Source: a virus
Lineage: Duplodnaviria > Caudoviricetes
IMG/VR virus record: IMGVR_UViG_3300011806_000001
Location: 21,152-85,151 of that record
Direction: 5' to 3' (one strand)
Length of the DNA: 64,000 bases
Position 1 is the stretch's first letter. Each line of letters begins with the position of its first letter. Position numbers and translations under genes: made by a program. Below the pieces are notes generated by a model, which saw only the letters and a list, made by a program, of their open reading frames with translations, was not told where the DNA came from and made no database searches. This document shows positions 9,225 through 17,738 of this stretch, in pieces.

Positions 9225-10748
9225 ATGACCGTTCCCGCCTACACCGGCCCCAATACCTCCGTCGCCAACGGCGTCACCACAGTCTTTCCCTACGGCTTCA
9301 AGATTCTGGCCGCCGCGGACCTGTTGGTAACCGTCAACGGCCTGCCGCGCACCCTCGGCGCCCATTACACCGTCACGGGCGTTGGCAGTGATGCCGGGGG
9401 TGACGTGGTGTTCCTGGCCCCGCCGGCAGCAAATGCCATCGTGGCGCGCCAGCGCAACATGCCGTACATCCGGCAGACCAACTACCTCAACCTGGGCGAC
9501 CTGCTCGCCAGCACGCTGAACGCTGACCAAGACGCGCCGGTGATGATGATCCAGCAGCTGGCGACCAACTCCATGCAGCTGCGGCCAGACCCTGAGAACG
9601 GCGGGTTCGTCTGGGACGCGCTGAACCACCGAATCATTCGGGTGGGCGACGCGATTGACGATGGGGACGCGATGAACCTTCGCGCCACCCTGGCCCTGCT
9701 GGAAGAGGTGCAGAACGGCGGCGGCACCGTTGGTATTGAGCCGAAGTTCTGGCAGTTCGTTGGCGACGGCGAGGTGACCGACTTCTCGCTCTCCGGCGCC
9801 GACGTGTTCGACCCTCTGTTCTTCGATACCGCGTTGGAGGCCACGGCCGGGGTTGGTGATTACCTTGTCAGCAAACCCGGCGACTATCTGATCCTGGAGG
9901 GGGTCGGCAATGCCCCGCCGGCCATCCGCTTCCTAACCCCACCCGGAGAAGGGGTGCGGGGTTTCACCGTACTGCGAGGCTATGCCCGCCCATGGATCGG
10001 GCCGCGGCCCATCTACACCGTGGCGCCAGTGGTGGTCACCGACATCGCGGGCAATGCGGTGCTGGACAGCACGCGGCACAACACCCTGATCCTTATCAAC
10101 TCGGCCACGCCGGTCACTCTCACGCTCAGGGCGAACACCGGCGGAGCGGTTGACTGGACTGCTGGGCAGTTCCTGTCGGTGGTCCAGATGGGCGCCGGTC
10201 AGGTCACGATCGTGGCCGAGGGCTCGGGCCAGGTGATCGCTGCGGCTGGGTTCAGCGCCAAGACGCGCGCAGTCGGTTCACCCATCAGCGTCTCGTGCAT
10301 TGCGCCGGATGCCGGCAGCTGGTTGGCCTCTGGCGACATGCTGCGCACCGTGGAAACCCCCGACAAAGTGGTGATCGAGCTGCTGGACCGCAGCGTCCTG
10401 ATCGGGACCAACATCGCGGTCGGCACCAGCAAGGACAGCTATTTCATGCCCTACGGGCTTCTGCTGGACTCGGTCGTCGCTGGGGGTTGCTATGCATCGC
10501 TGGCGGTCGCCCAAGGCGTGGGCACCGTGCTGACGGTGGACGTCAACCGAAACGGCACGTCGATCCTGAACACCAAGCTCACCTTCGACAACGCCGAAAA
10601 GACCACTGTCACCGCTGCCACGCCCGCCACCTATGTGGACGGCGGTTCCATTCTCTTCGCCGGCGACGAGATCACCATCGACGTGGATCAGATCGGCACT
10701 GCGCTGGCCAAGGGCCTGAGGGTGTACCTGGTCGGGCAGAGGGCATAA
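9225..10748 (+). CDS. Tail fibre with T7-gp17-like N-terminal adaptor
   Basis: ANGVTTVFPYGFKIL...LLVTVNG...YTV motif typical of podovirus fibre N-termini. Confidence 0.85.
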   Translation: MTVPAYTGPNTSVANGVTTVFPYGFKILAAADLLVTVNGLPRTLGAHYTVTGVGSDAGGDVVFLAPPAANAIVARQRNMPYIRQTNYLNLGDLLASTLNADQDAPVMMIQQLATNSMQLRPDPENGGFVWDALNHRIIRVGDAIDDGDAMNLRATLALLEEVQNGGGTVGIEPKFWQFVGDGEVTDFSLSGADVFDPLFFDTALEATAGVGDYLVSKPGDYLILEGVGNAPPAIRFLTPPGEGVRGFTVLRGYARPWIGPRPIYTVAPVVVTDIAGNAVLDSTRHNTLILINSATPVTLTLRANTGGAVDWTAGQFLSVVQMGAGQVTIVAEGSGQVIAAAGFSAKTRAVGSPISVSCIAPDAGSWLASGDMLRTVETPDKVVIELLDRSVLIGTNIAVGTSKDSYFMPYGLLLDSVVAGGCYASLAVAQGVGTVLTVDVNRNGTSILNTKLTFDNAEKTTVTAATPATYVDGGSILFAGDEITIDVDQIGTALAKGLRVYLVGQRA

Positions 10749-10750
10749 CC

Positions 10751-12325
10751 ATGCGGATCTTCGACAGGCCCTTCCTTGACCAGCGCCAAGGGCGGCTGGC
10801 GCTTTACGTTACCGGAGCAGCTGGCCTTGCAAAGCCTGGGCTCGCTTTTGAAACCCGTCTGCAGATCCACAACCGCATCGGCGCGGCCACTGTTGAGCAG
10901 ATCGATGGGGCTGAATTGCCGCCTGGGAGCTCGCTTTATGTAGACGGCGATCAGGTGGTGATCGCTTGGCCGGCCTATCAGGAAACAGGCCCCATCCCGT
11001 TCGCCGACGGCAACGGTGGGTTCGAGAAGGGGGACACCGGCTGGGAGAAGGGGGCTGGCTGGACCATCGAGACGACGGCGAGTGCAGGCCAAGGATTTGG
11101 TACCCACGTGGCAGCATTTCGAGCTCAGGGCGTCTCGGTGCTGGAGGCAGCGGCCTACGCGCCGACCTTCCCGGGGCAAACGTTCGACGCCCAAGTGAAC
11201 GTGCAGCAGGGGGCCAGCAGCAAGTACAACGTGGGCGCTGCGATCGCGGCTCGGTTCTATGACGTCAACAAGACTTTGCTGTCTGAACAGATCGGCACGT
11301 TCATCGACGATGGCAGCCGTGGTGCGTGGCACCTATCTACCGGCAGCTTCCAAGCCCCTGGCGGCGCGCGCTATGTGCGCGGCATGGTGTGGGGCGCTCG
11401 CTTCCGTGAGAACAAGGTGTTGTGGGTCGACGATGCGTCATGGACCCTGCAGGGCGTAGTAGGGATCAACTACCCGACTACGCTGCCCTTGACCTTGAGG
11501 GTGCGAGATAGCGCTGGCCGGAGCGCCATCTGGCGGGGGAACATCATCGTCACCGCAGTCCGCGACTACGACGTCGAGGTCCTGGCCGACACACCCGTCG
11601 CCTATTGGAAAATGGACGAGGCGGCCGGCGTCACGACCTATGCGGACAGCAGCGGGAACAATATCCCTGCCGCCTGTGTGAAGACATGGGCTGCTGCGGC
11701 CTTCCCGCCTTCAAATCGTGCGGGCGCTCTGCGCACGGGTGGTCAGTCCGCGAACTTCTACGATGCTCGCGCGAACATCGGCGTACTTCCAGCAACCAAC
11801 AACTTTGCAAAGCTGGGATTCGCCCCCACCGTTAGGTTTGCTGTTGAGTGCGTCATTGAAACGCCTACCTTTGTCGGCAATTCCGGGCCTTACGTCTTGC
11901 GAAAGCAGGCAGCGACCTCAACTGCAAATTTCAGTGACTTCTATCTCGGATTTTCTGGCCCTGGTGATCTTCGCCTCAGGTTTGGCTGGACGAACGGCGG
12001 CAACGGCAGTGATAGATCGGTGCTGTCCACGCTCGCTCTCGAGCCCGGCAAGATCTACCACGTCGTCGGCGTTGCCGATGTTGTCGATGGTGTTGTTACG
12101 GTCTATCTGTACATCAACGGTACCCTCAATCAGATGCGCAACGATTCCAACATGCAGGCCCTGCCGATCAACACGGCGAATTCTGCATTCACGGTCAACG
12201 CCCCCCAGAACTGGGCCGCATGGAGCTTCGTTGGCAGGGTGTCGGACGTGGCTCTATACGACCACCCCATTTCGGCGGAACGAGTCGCGAACCATGCGCA
12301 GGCCGCGGGCCTGTTCGCCGGGTGA
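10751..12325 (+). CDS. Second tail fibre/receptor-binding protein with CBM-like and LamG/ConA-like domains
   Basis: NGGFEKG..GW (CBM-like); LADTPVAYWKMDE and SDVALYD..LSA (LamG-like). Confidence 0.75.
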   Translation: MRIFDRPFLDQRQGRLALYVTGAAGLAKPGLAFETRLQIHNRIGAATVEQIDGAELPPGSSLYVDGDQVVIAWPAYQETGPIPFADGNGGFEKGDTGWEKGAGWTIETTASAGQGFGTHVAAFRAQGVSVLEAAAYAPTFPGQTFDAQVNVQQGASSKYNVGAAIAARFYDVNKTLLSEQIGTFIDDGSRGAWHLSTGSFQAPGGARYVRGMVWGARFRENKVLWVDDASWTLQGVVGINYPTTLPLTLRVRDSAGRSAIWRGNIIVTAVRDYDVEVLADTPVAYWKMDEAAGVTTYADSSGNNIPAACVKTWAAAAFPPSNRAGALRTGGQSANFYDARANIGVLPATNNFAKLGFAPTVRFAVECVIETPTFVGNSGPYVLRKQAATSTANFSDFYLGFSGPGDLRLRFGWTNGGNGSDRSVLSTLALEPGKIYHVVGVADVVDGVVTVYLYINGTLNQMRNDSNMQALPINTANSAFTVNAPQNWAAWSFVGRVSDVALYDHPISAERVANHAQAAGLFAG

Positions 12326-12373
12326 CCGTACCCCGTCGCGCCACCTGAGACGCCGGGGAGGCATAGTGTGGGC

Positions 12374-12562
12374 ATGGACGCCCCAGACACCCCCGAACCC
12401 GAAGACCGCCCGGACCCCACCAAGCTGGCGCCGGGCTATGCCCACCTGCTGCTTCACGACACCCGCACGCCCGAGGAAAAGCTGGCCGCCTCGTTGAAGG
12501 AGTCGGCCAGGCGCAAGGGCAGGGGAAGGGCGAAGTGGTGGGAGAAGGGCGCTCCGCAATGA
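12374..12562 (+). CDS. Conserved 62-aa hypothetical protein next to attR (homolog of 51629-51814)
   Basis: Near-identical protein at the equivalent position in P2; ATG 6 nt after a -10-like CATAGT. Confidence 0.75.
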   Translation: MDAPDTPEPEDRPDPTKLAPGYAHLLLHDTRTPEEKLAASLKESARRKGRGRAKWWEKGAPQ

Positions 12563-12578
12563 ATTTTCGCCTCAGTCC

Positions 12579-12591
12579 AATCAATGACTTA
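12579..12591 (+). promoter_or_regulatory. IHF-binding site in the P1 right att arm
   Basis: AATCAATGACTTA matches WATCAANNNNTTR; similar copies at 12717-12729 and 51991-52003. Confidence 0.6.
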
Positions 12592-12663
12592 CCCGGCGAT
12601 GTGCGGTGCGTGACGCGGAGCGGATTTTAGGGCTAAAGCCTTGTGAGAGTAGGGGTCTTCCAG

Positions 12664-12721
12664 AGACTTTTAATCTTTTGGTCGATGGTTCGAATCCATC
12701 ACGGCCCACCAATTGCATCAA
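12664..12721 (+). repeat. att core, copy 1: 3' 48 nt of tRNA-Lys(UUU) plus 10 nt; P1/P2 junction
   Basis: AGACTTTTAATC...GGTTCGAATCC...CACCA (anticodon loop, T-arm, CCA) with no 5' half; identical to 51939-51996. Confidence 0.95.
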
Positions 12722-12727
12722 TGACTT

Positions 12728-12752
12728 AAGGCGCCCTATGGGCGCCTTTTTC
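12728..12752 (+). terminator. Intrinsic terminator after the tRNA fragment
   Basis: AAGGCGCCC-TAT-GGGCGCCTT followed by a T run. Confidence 0.75.
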
Positions 12753-12757
12753 ATCTG

Positions 12758-12779
12758 CTCCGTAAATCACTCCGTAATT
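12758..12779. promoter_or_regulatory. Integrase arm-type sites, P2 left arm
   Basis: Tandem CTCCGTAAAT / CTCCGTAATT; the same motif recurs at 51837-51846 and 51889-51898. Confidence 0.65.
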
Positions 12780-12805
12780 GCTTAGGCGGATGCCTTTGGT
12801 AATAT
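12778..12805 (+). promoter_or_regulatory. Putative sigma70 promoter of the cargo pair
   Basis: TTGCTT-16 nt-TAATAT, about 40 nt upstream of 12845. Confidence 0.5.
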
Positions 12806-12844
12806 GCCCCTTGGAGGCCTCAGGACGAGGCTCAGGGGAAGCAA

Positions 12845-13819
12845 ATGCGATTGCGCGAGAAGCGGGTACTTCGGTTCTTAGAGCTGAAGCTGGACCACGG
12901 TATGGGTGCTCTGAACAAGCAACCGTGGGACCTTAAGATGATCCTTGAGACGGTCATCGGAAACGACTTTTACAACAGGGCCCCTCGCGAGGGCGCCAAC
13001 TCGATCGTCAGAATCAAGCATGGCAAGGTCTTCACCCACGCTGGTGAAGAGTTCATTGGCTTGCTGCTGATCCATGCGGATTCGCGGTCGATCGAGGCGA
13101 GCTACGCTGATCTGCAAACGGGAAGCGCGCGGGCGTTGCCAATGCAGGACGGTGAGGGCGTTCGAACTGAAGCTCACGTTGTCATCCGGCTGAGCCATGA
13201 AACTCTGGGGACTACGCAGTCGTATCCCGTGGTCTTGGAAGAGTCGCCCGGGCTTTCACCTTCCGTCTTGCTGTCTAGGTTACAAAGGCCTGTGCACAAG
13301 GCGGGCGAGCGTTCACAGAAGAACTCAGCTGGTGAGATGAAGACGTGGTATCCAGTAATGACGCTGGACGGCCTCTTCTCTAAATCGCTTCTAGACGAGA
13401 TAGAAAATGGCAACCTAAATTCGTTCGATCTCGTCAGGCAAAGTATCAAATCGGGGGGTATGGACGAACCAGGTGAACTTGTGCTTCAGCATCAAGTGCT
13501 TCACGTGGGTTTGCGTCCAGGCCCTGAGGAAGGGTTCGTCAAACGTTCTCTCGCGGCGGTGCGTAAGCTTGCGTTTGAGCAGGAGTACGAACAGATCCGG
13601 ATTCATTACAAAGAGTCTGGCAGCCCAAAAACCAAGACGGCAGTTGTCGATGTGGATGCCGATGCAGCAGATCCTGCAGAAGCACTTGATCAACTGGTAT
13701 CGCGTTCGAAATTGGTCTCGTTGATTACCCCAATGAACTGGGATCACGAGGAGGTCGTTGATGACTTCTTGCAGCTGATGGCCGAACGTCTACTGAGCGA
13801 AATAGAAGAGGATCAATGA
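12845..13819 (+). CDS. Uncharacterised soluble cargo protein (324 aa), candidate defence component
   Basis: Long ORF, visibly lower GC than phage core genes, coupled to the next gene by ATGA. Confidence 0.8.
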   Translation: MRLREKRVLRFLELKLDHGMGALNKQPWDLKMILETVIGNDFYNRAPREGANSIVRIKHGKVFTHAGEEFIGLLLIHADSRSIEASYADLQTGSARALPMQDGEGVRTEAHVVIRLSHETLGTTQSYPVVLEESPGLSPSVLLSRLQRPVHKAGERSQKNSAGEMKTWYPVMTLDGLFSKSLLDEIENGNLNSFDLVRQSIKSGGMDEPGELVLQHQVLHVGLRPGPEEGFVKRSLAAVRKLAFEQEYEQIRIHYKESGSPKTKTAVVDVDADAADPAEALDQLVSRSKLVSLITPMNWDHEEVVDDFLQLMAERLLSEIEEDQ

Positions 13820-14367
13820 ACGTTATCTTCCAGCTTTTGACTCCGGCTCGCTACTTGCGGATCAAGTCTGAATCTCATGAAAAGCTGGTTATCGATTACG
13901 TCCTGCCGGCCGTTTTGGCGCTCGCCACCACGGCCGCTTGGGGATGGAGGCCGGACTTGCTCTCAATGGGCGGCCCGTCGGGTGTCGTCACTGGGGTGTC
14001 CAGCCTCATCCAAGTTTTGGTTGGCTTTTACGTCGCCACCCTTGCAGCGGTTGCAACCTTTCCAACTTCGTCGTTGGATGAGGACACAAATCGGATCACT
14101 TTTGAAGGAAAGTCTCTGAAGCGGCGACGATTCTTGGCCTACCTGTTCGGGTATCTGGCGCTTCTCAGTCTCTTGCTGTTCATCGCGCTTTTGTTTCGCC
14201 CAATGATTCATGGGCTGCTAAATCAGATCGATTTCACCGGAGTCCAGCGCTGGCTGAGGCTCTTCTTCGTTTTCGTCTATCAGTTCGTCTTCTGGCAGAT
14301 GGTCTTTATTACGATGCTGGGCCTTTACTACCTGACGGATCGCATTCACCGCTCAAATGCTGAGTAG
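13816..14367 (+). CDS. Uncharacterised multi-pass membrane protein (183 aa, about 4 TM), candidate defence effector
   Basis: Four hydrophobic stretches; GFYVATLAAVATF and RRRFLAYLFGYL segments. Confidence 0.8.
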   Translation: MNVIFQLLTPARYLRIKSESHEKLVIDYVLPAVLALATTAAWGWRPDLLSMGGPSGVVTGVSSLIQVLVGFYVATLAAVATFPTSSLDEDTNRITFEGKSLKRRRFLAYLFGYLALLSLLLFIALLFRPMIHGLLNQIDFTGVQRWLRLFFVFVYQFVFWQMVFITMLGLYYLTDRIHRSNAE

Positions 14368-15507
14368 CTATGGCTCGGATCGTGACGGTTTAACCCGAGG
14401 TACGCTCTTGTCGTATACCTTCATCATGGCGTCGCTCACGCCCAAGGCATCCTGACGCTCTGCGCGATTTCCGATAGTGTCTGTGCCACCCTTTCGCTTC
14501 AGATCGTGAATGCCAAAGCGCTGGTCTTCCCGAATGACGCCCTCACGAAGCGCCATCTGAATGAAGCGCTGCCACGCGCTATCTAGGCTGGACTTTTGGA
14601 TTGGCTCGCCATGTTGCGCAAGGATCAAGGAGCGGTGCTCTGCTCGAAGCTGCACAGGCAGCGCGTGGCGATCGATAACCGATTGGCGCAGCGCTATCGC
14701 CGCCTCCCAAGCCGCCTTAAGGCGCGGCGACCATTCGACCAGGCTGTCACGACTACGCTTCCGTCGGTTGGTATGCAGGCCTTCATCATGCGCGTGTGCA
14801 TCGGTCAGAGTGATGGTTTCGACGCCGCGCAGCCTGCACAGGTAGCCGATCTCCATCACGATCCAGAGATAGGGTGGGACAGAGCCCTCGGTGTGCGAGC
14901 CGCGTGTTCCTCGATCGCGAGCAAAGGCCAAGAGTGCGTCATAAGCGGCATCCGTCGGTAGCCGCTGCCGCTTGCGCTCCTGTGCAGATTCAAGGCCTTG
15001 TGCTGGGTTGTGGGGAACTAGCCCCCTGTTGAGCGCCCAGCGGAAGACCAAGCGCGCGTAACGCAGCACTTTGTTCGCTTTCGTTGGCGTGCCGTCAGCC
15101 TCGATGCGATCAACAAGGCGCTGAAAGTTCGAGTTGCGGAGTCGCGCAACCTGCAGCTGCCCGAACTTAACACCCAGGGAGGTCGGAAAGCTGAGCATTA
15201 CATCGCGAGCTTGGCTGTAGTCGTCGCGCGTTCCTTTGGCGAGCTTCTTGAACTTGGGGCTGTCGTGGTACTGGTCGCAGACCCATTGGACTGTTCCCGA
15301 CTCGGTGTTTTCCTCGGTGATGGCGAACAGATCGGAGAGCTTTGCGCTGGGCCCGGCGACTGTCCGTCGCTTTTTCCTGCCACCCTCAACATCAAACACG
15401 AACCACCTACCGCGGCCACTGGGGTCCCAGTACACGCCTTTCGGAATCTTCGCCTGGTCGATGTGATCAGGAATATTTGGTTGATGCTTTCGAGCGCGTG
15501 GGGTCAT
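14368..15507 (-). CDS. int: Tyrosine integrase of P2
   Basis: LCRLRGVE, HDLKRKG and C-terminal VYD motifs; adjacent to att; homologous to 52013-53206. Confidence 0.95.
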   Translation of the reverse strand: MTPRARKHQPNIPDHIDQAKIPKGVYWDPSGRGRWFVFDVEGGRKKRRTVAGPSAKLSDLFAITEENTESGTVQWVCDQYHDSPKFKKLAKGTRDDYSQARDVMLSFPTSLGVKFGQLQVARLRNSNFQRLVDRIEADGTPTKANKVLRYARLVFRWALNRGLVPHNPAQGLESAQERKRQRLPTDAAYDALLAFARDRGTRGSHTEGSVPPYLWIVMEIGYLCRLRGVETITLTDAHAHDEGLHTNRRKRSRDSLVEWSPRLKAAWEAAIALRQSVIDRHALPVQLRAEHRSLILAQHGEPIQKSSLDSAWQRFIQMALREGVIREDQRFGIHDLKRKGGTDTIGNRAERQDALGVSDAMMKVYDKSVPRVKPSRSEP

Positions 15508-15508
15508 T

Positions 15509-15730
15509 TCAGAATAGGTCGGCAGGATAGGAGTCTGAGTTCGCGGCTGCGCGCGTTACGCCGAGCGCTGCGTCCAAGGCGGTGGACGTGGTCCATATTC
15601 CGCCCTTTCCGTCGTACTGATAGCGGATACCGCATCGCCGCGCCCACGCTTCAACAGTCGACAGGCGCGGACTTTCGCCGGGCTTGCAGAGCTGCTGAAG
15701 GTCTTCGAACTGAAGCACAGGGCCGATCAC
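15509..15730 (-). CDS. Excisionase-like protein
   Basis: 73 aa directly upstream of int; homologous to 53206-53445 (F.DLQQ.C.PG..PR..TVEAWA.R.GI.Y.YDG.GGIWTT). Confidence 0.75.
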   Translation of the reverse strand: MIGPVLQFEDLQQLCKPGESPRLSTVEAWARRCGIRYQYDGKGGIWTTSTALDAALGVTRAAANSDSYPADLF

Positions 15731-15764
15731 GGCTCCCCTCCGGCTCCCTTGCGGTGCGATGGCA

Positions 15765-16058
15765 TCACGGTTCCTCCCGCAGCTTGGTGCGACAGTTGCG
15801 CGGCGGCTTGACGGTGGCCAGGGTGACGGGCGCGGCGTCTGCCTTGGCGAAGGCCGCACGGCAGCCTGCGCGGCCGCAGCGCTCATCCACCGGAGTAGCA
15901 GTGGCGTCCTGTTCGGTGCTTTCATCGTGGAACGGATATCCACATGCAGGACCGCGTCCACGCTGAGTGTCGCGCTCGACGATGGCGTGATACTTGGAGC
16001 TGCCAGTGTCATGCGCCTGGCGAGCGTAGAAGGATGAATCTCGCAGCGCTGCTTTCAC
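15765..16058 (-). CDS. Hypothetical early protein
   Basis: 4-nt overlap with the upstream early gene; Cys-containing. Confidence 0.4.
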   Translation of the reverse strand: MKAALRDSSFYARQAHDTGSSKYHAIVERDTQRGRGPACGYPFHDESTEQDATATPVDERCGRAGCRAAFAKADAAPVTLATVKPPRNCRTKLREEP

Positions 16059-16297
16059 GATCCCACCCCCGGCGCTGCATCGCTGACAGGTTCAAGTGCC
16101 CCGATCCACTCAAGCGCCTCGGCGGAGTTGTCGAAATACTGGATTTCATCTTCGGCAAAAATCGCATCCATCTCCGGGCCGAACTGGACCTCCCAGCCAG
16201 GAACCATCTCTCCGGGCGTTGCTGTCCAGCCGTAATGCGCAGACTCAACAGTCAGTCCCTTCCGCTTCGCCGCTGCGATGATCTTGCGCTTGCTCAT
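16055..16297 (-). CDS. Hypothetical early protein (80 aa)
   Basis: Coupled chain of early genes; basic N-terminus and acidic C-terminus. Confidence 0.6.
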   Translation of the reverse strand: MSKRKIIAAAKRKGLTVESAHYGWTATPGEMVPGWEVQFGPEMDAIFAEDEIQYFDNSAEALEWIGALEPVSDAAPGVGS

Positions 16298-17235
16298 TGG
16301 GACACCCCCTGCGCTGCAACGCGCTGGCCGTCGATCAGCGGCAGCCAGCCAACCGGCGTGCCCGTGCCCTCGGTGAAGTGGTCGTGCGTCCAGCACCAGC
16401 CTGCAAACTGCCAGCCGATCCTTGCGCCTTCACTCACGTTGTCGTCGTTGCATGCGCCGATGGTCCATGTAGCGCTGATGCTGTCCTCGATGGCGTTTTC
16501 ATCGAAGTCCACCAGCAGGCGCACGAGCGTGCCATCGCGTGGCGCGGTGTCCATCGGGCGTGCCGCCAGGTCGATGCCCTGCGCGGGCGGGGCGGCGTAC
16601 ACGGGGACCACGTTTATGGCGTCCGCAGGCGGCTCTTTACCAGAGTGGAAGCCTGAGCCCGGCATTGCATAGACAGCCGGGTCGTCCGTGAACAGGTAGC
16701 CTACCGGCACCCGCGCCCCTGGCTGGCGGGCACAGTCGCACGTGGTTCCCGTAAGCGCATCTGGCTCGATTACTTCGGCACACGTGCCGCACACCGGCTG
16801 GCGGGCGGCGAGAGCGGCTTGCCAGGCGGCTTGCCATGCTTCCCACCGAACCTGCTGTTCGGCTGGGCCATATTTCTCCGCATGCACGCCGTTGTGCATG
16901 TCGCGTGTCGGAGCGCCAGTCTGCCAGCGGCTCTTGAACTTCTCGCAATGCCACGCCTCAAACTGCGCCCGCGCATCCCCCTGCACCTCGCCAACCTGCT
17001 GCTTGCCAGTTGCGGCGAGGTGCTGTGCCAGCGCGCAGGCGAAGTCGGCAGCCAGGTGGGTGGCGATGTAATCGGTGAAGTCGTGCCGGCGCAGCTCTGT
17101 GGCGAAAAAGTGGGATATGTAGCTGCGTCCTCCCTCGCTGGTGCTGAGGTCATAACGCGCCACAGATGTCGCGTTATCTCCGGAAGTGCCGGTGTTGCGC
17201 GCCACAGATGGCGCTTTGTGCATGTCGGTCGTCAT
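16294..17235 (-). CDS. Mosaic early accessory protein (313 aa)
   Basis: Shares the DLxTSEG...ATELRRHDF..YI...LAADFACALAQ module and PPAQGIDL linker with 54760-55578. Confidence 0.75.
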   Translation of the reverse strand: MTTDMHKAPSVARNTGTSGDNATSVARYDLSTSEGGRSYISHFFATELRRHDFTDYIATHLAADFACALAQHLAATGKQQVGEVQGDARAQFEAWHCEKFKSRWQTGAPTRDMHNGVHAEKYGPAEQQVRWEAWQAAWQAALAARQPVCGTCAEVIEPDALTGTTCDCARQPGARVPVGYLFTDDPAVYAMPGSGFHSGKEPPADAINVVPVYAAPPAQGIDLAARPMDTAPRDGTLVRLLVDFDENAIEDSISATWTIGACNDDNVSEGARIGWQFAGWCWTHDHFTEGTGTPVGWLPLIDGQRVAAQGVSQ

Positions 17236-17249
17236 CGGTTCGTCCTGGC

Positions 17250-17738
17250 TTAGTGGCGGGTACCAGCGCGGCTTGCCGCGGCGGCGTCATTGATCTGCCG
17301 GCGGCTCAATTCCTGCCGGACGGGCGTATTGCCGAGAATTTCGACCTTGCCGCCGGCTCGCTTGAACGCGGCAAGTTGATCGGCGATCACCGCGCGATCC
17401 CGGTCCTTGTGCTGGACGGTGGTGCTGTTGTGGCTGCCAGTGGGTGCCGAGCGCATTACGCGGGCCACAGCGGCGCGAGTCGACTCCACACGCGCATCAG
17501 GGGTGCGCATCAGCCTGTGCATCGTGGTGGTCAGCATCCAGACCCTGTTGCCCTTGGTGATGCTGACCTGCACCTGGCCGGTGTCGCGCATCGCCGCCAG
17601 CGAACTGTTGAGCTGCTTCAGCGTGCATGTCAGTGTTCCGGAGGCGAGCAGTTCCTCATCGCTCGCGCCAGCAGGCCGGTCGAGCAGAAGAGCGCGGATG
17701 GCGGCGGCACGGCCGAATTGCTGGATCTTGGCGCTCAT
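17250..17738 (-). CDS. Hypothetical early protein, possible winged HTH
   Basis: Early operon chain with ATGA overlaps. Confidence 0.6.
   Translation of the reverse strand: MSAKIQQFGRAAAIRALLLDRPAGASDEELLASGTLTCTLKQLNSSLAAMRDTGQVQVSITKGNRVWMLTTTMHRLMRTPDARVESTRAAVARVMRSAPTGSHNSTTVQHKDRDRAVIADQLAAFKRAGGKVEILGNTPVRQELSRRQINDAAAASRAGTRH

Larger units (their letters stand above)
1..12721 (+). mobile_element. Prophage P1 (podovirus-like), right/late end only
   Basis: Internal virion proteins, terminase, lysis cassette and T7-gp17-like tail fibre; no tape measure in view; ends at the tRNA-Lys 3' repeat. Confidence 0.9.

Noticed and set aside
9225-12325. Diversity-generating retroelement or invertible tail-fibre shufflon (also checked 41981-48931)
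   Set aside because: No reverse transcriptase, TR/VR pair, invertase or inverted crossover sites found by eye
12625-12637. TTTTAGGGCTAAA resembling P2 operator half-sites in the P1 right arm
   Set aside because: Spacing does not fit the N5 dyad; more likely part of an att-arm IHF-like tract or chance
12664-12711. tRNA-Lys gene (also 51939-51986)
   Set aside because: Only the 3' 48 nt are present; the acceptor 5' strand and D-arm are missing, so these are att duplications, not functional tRNAs
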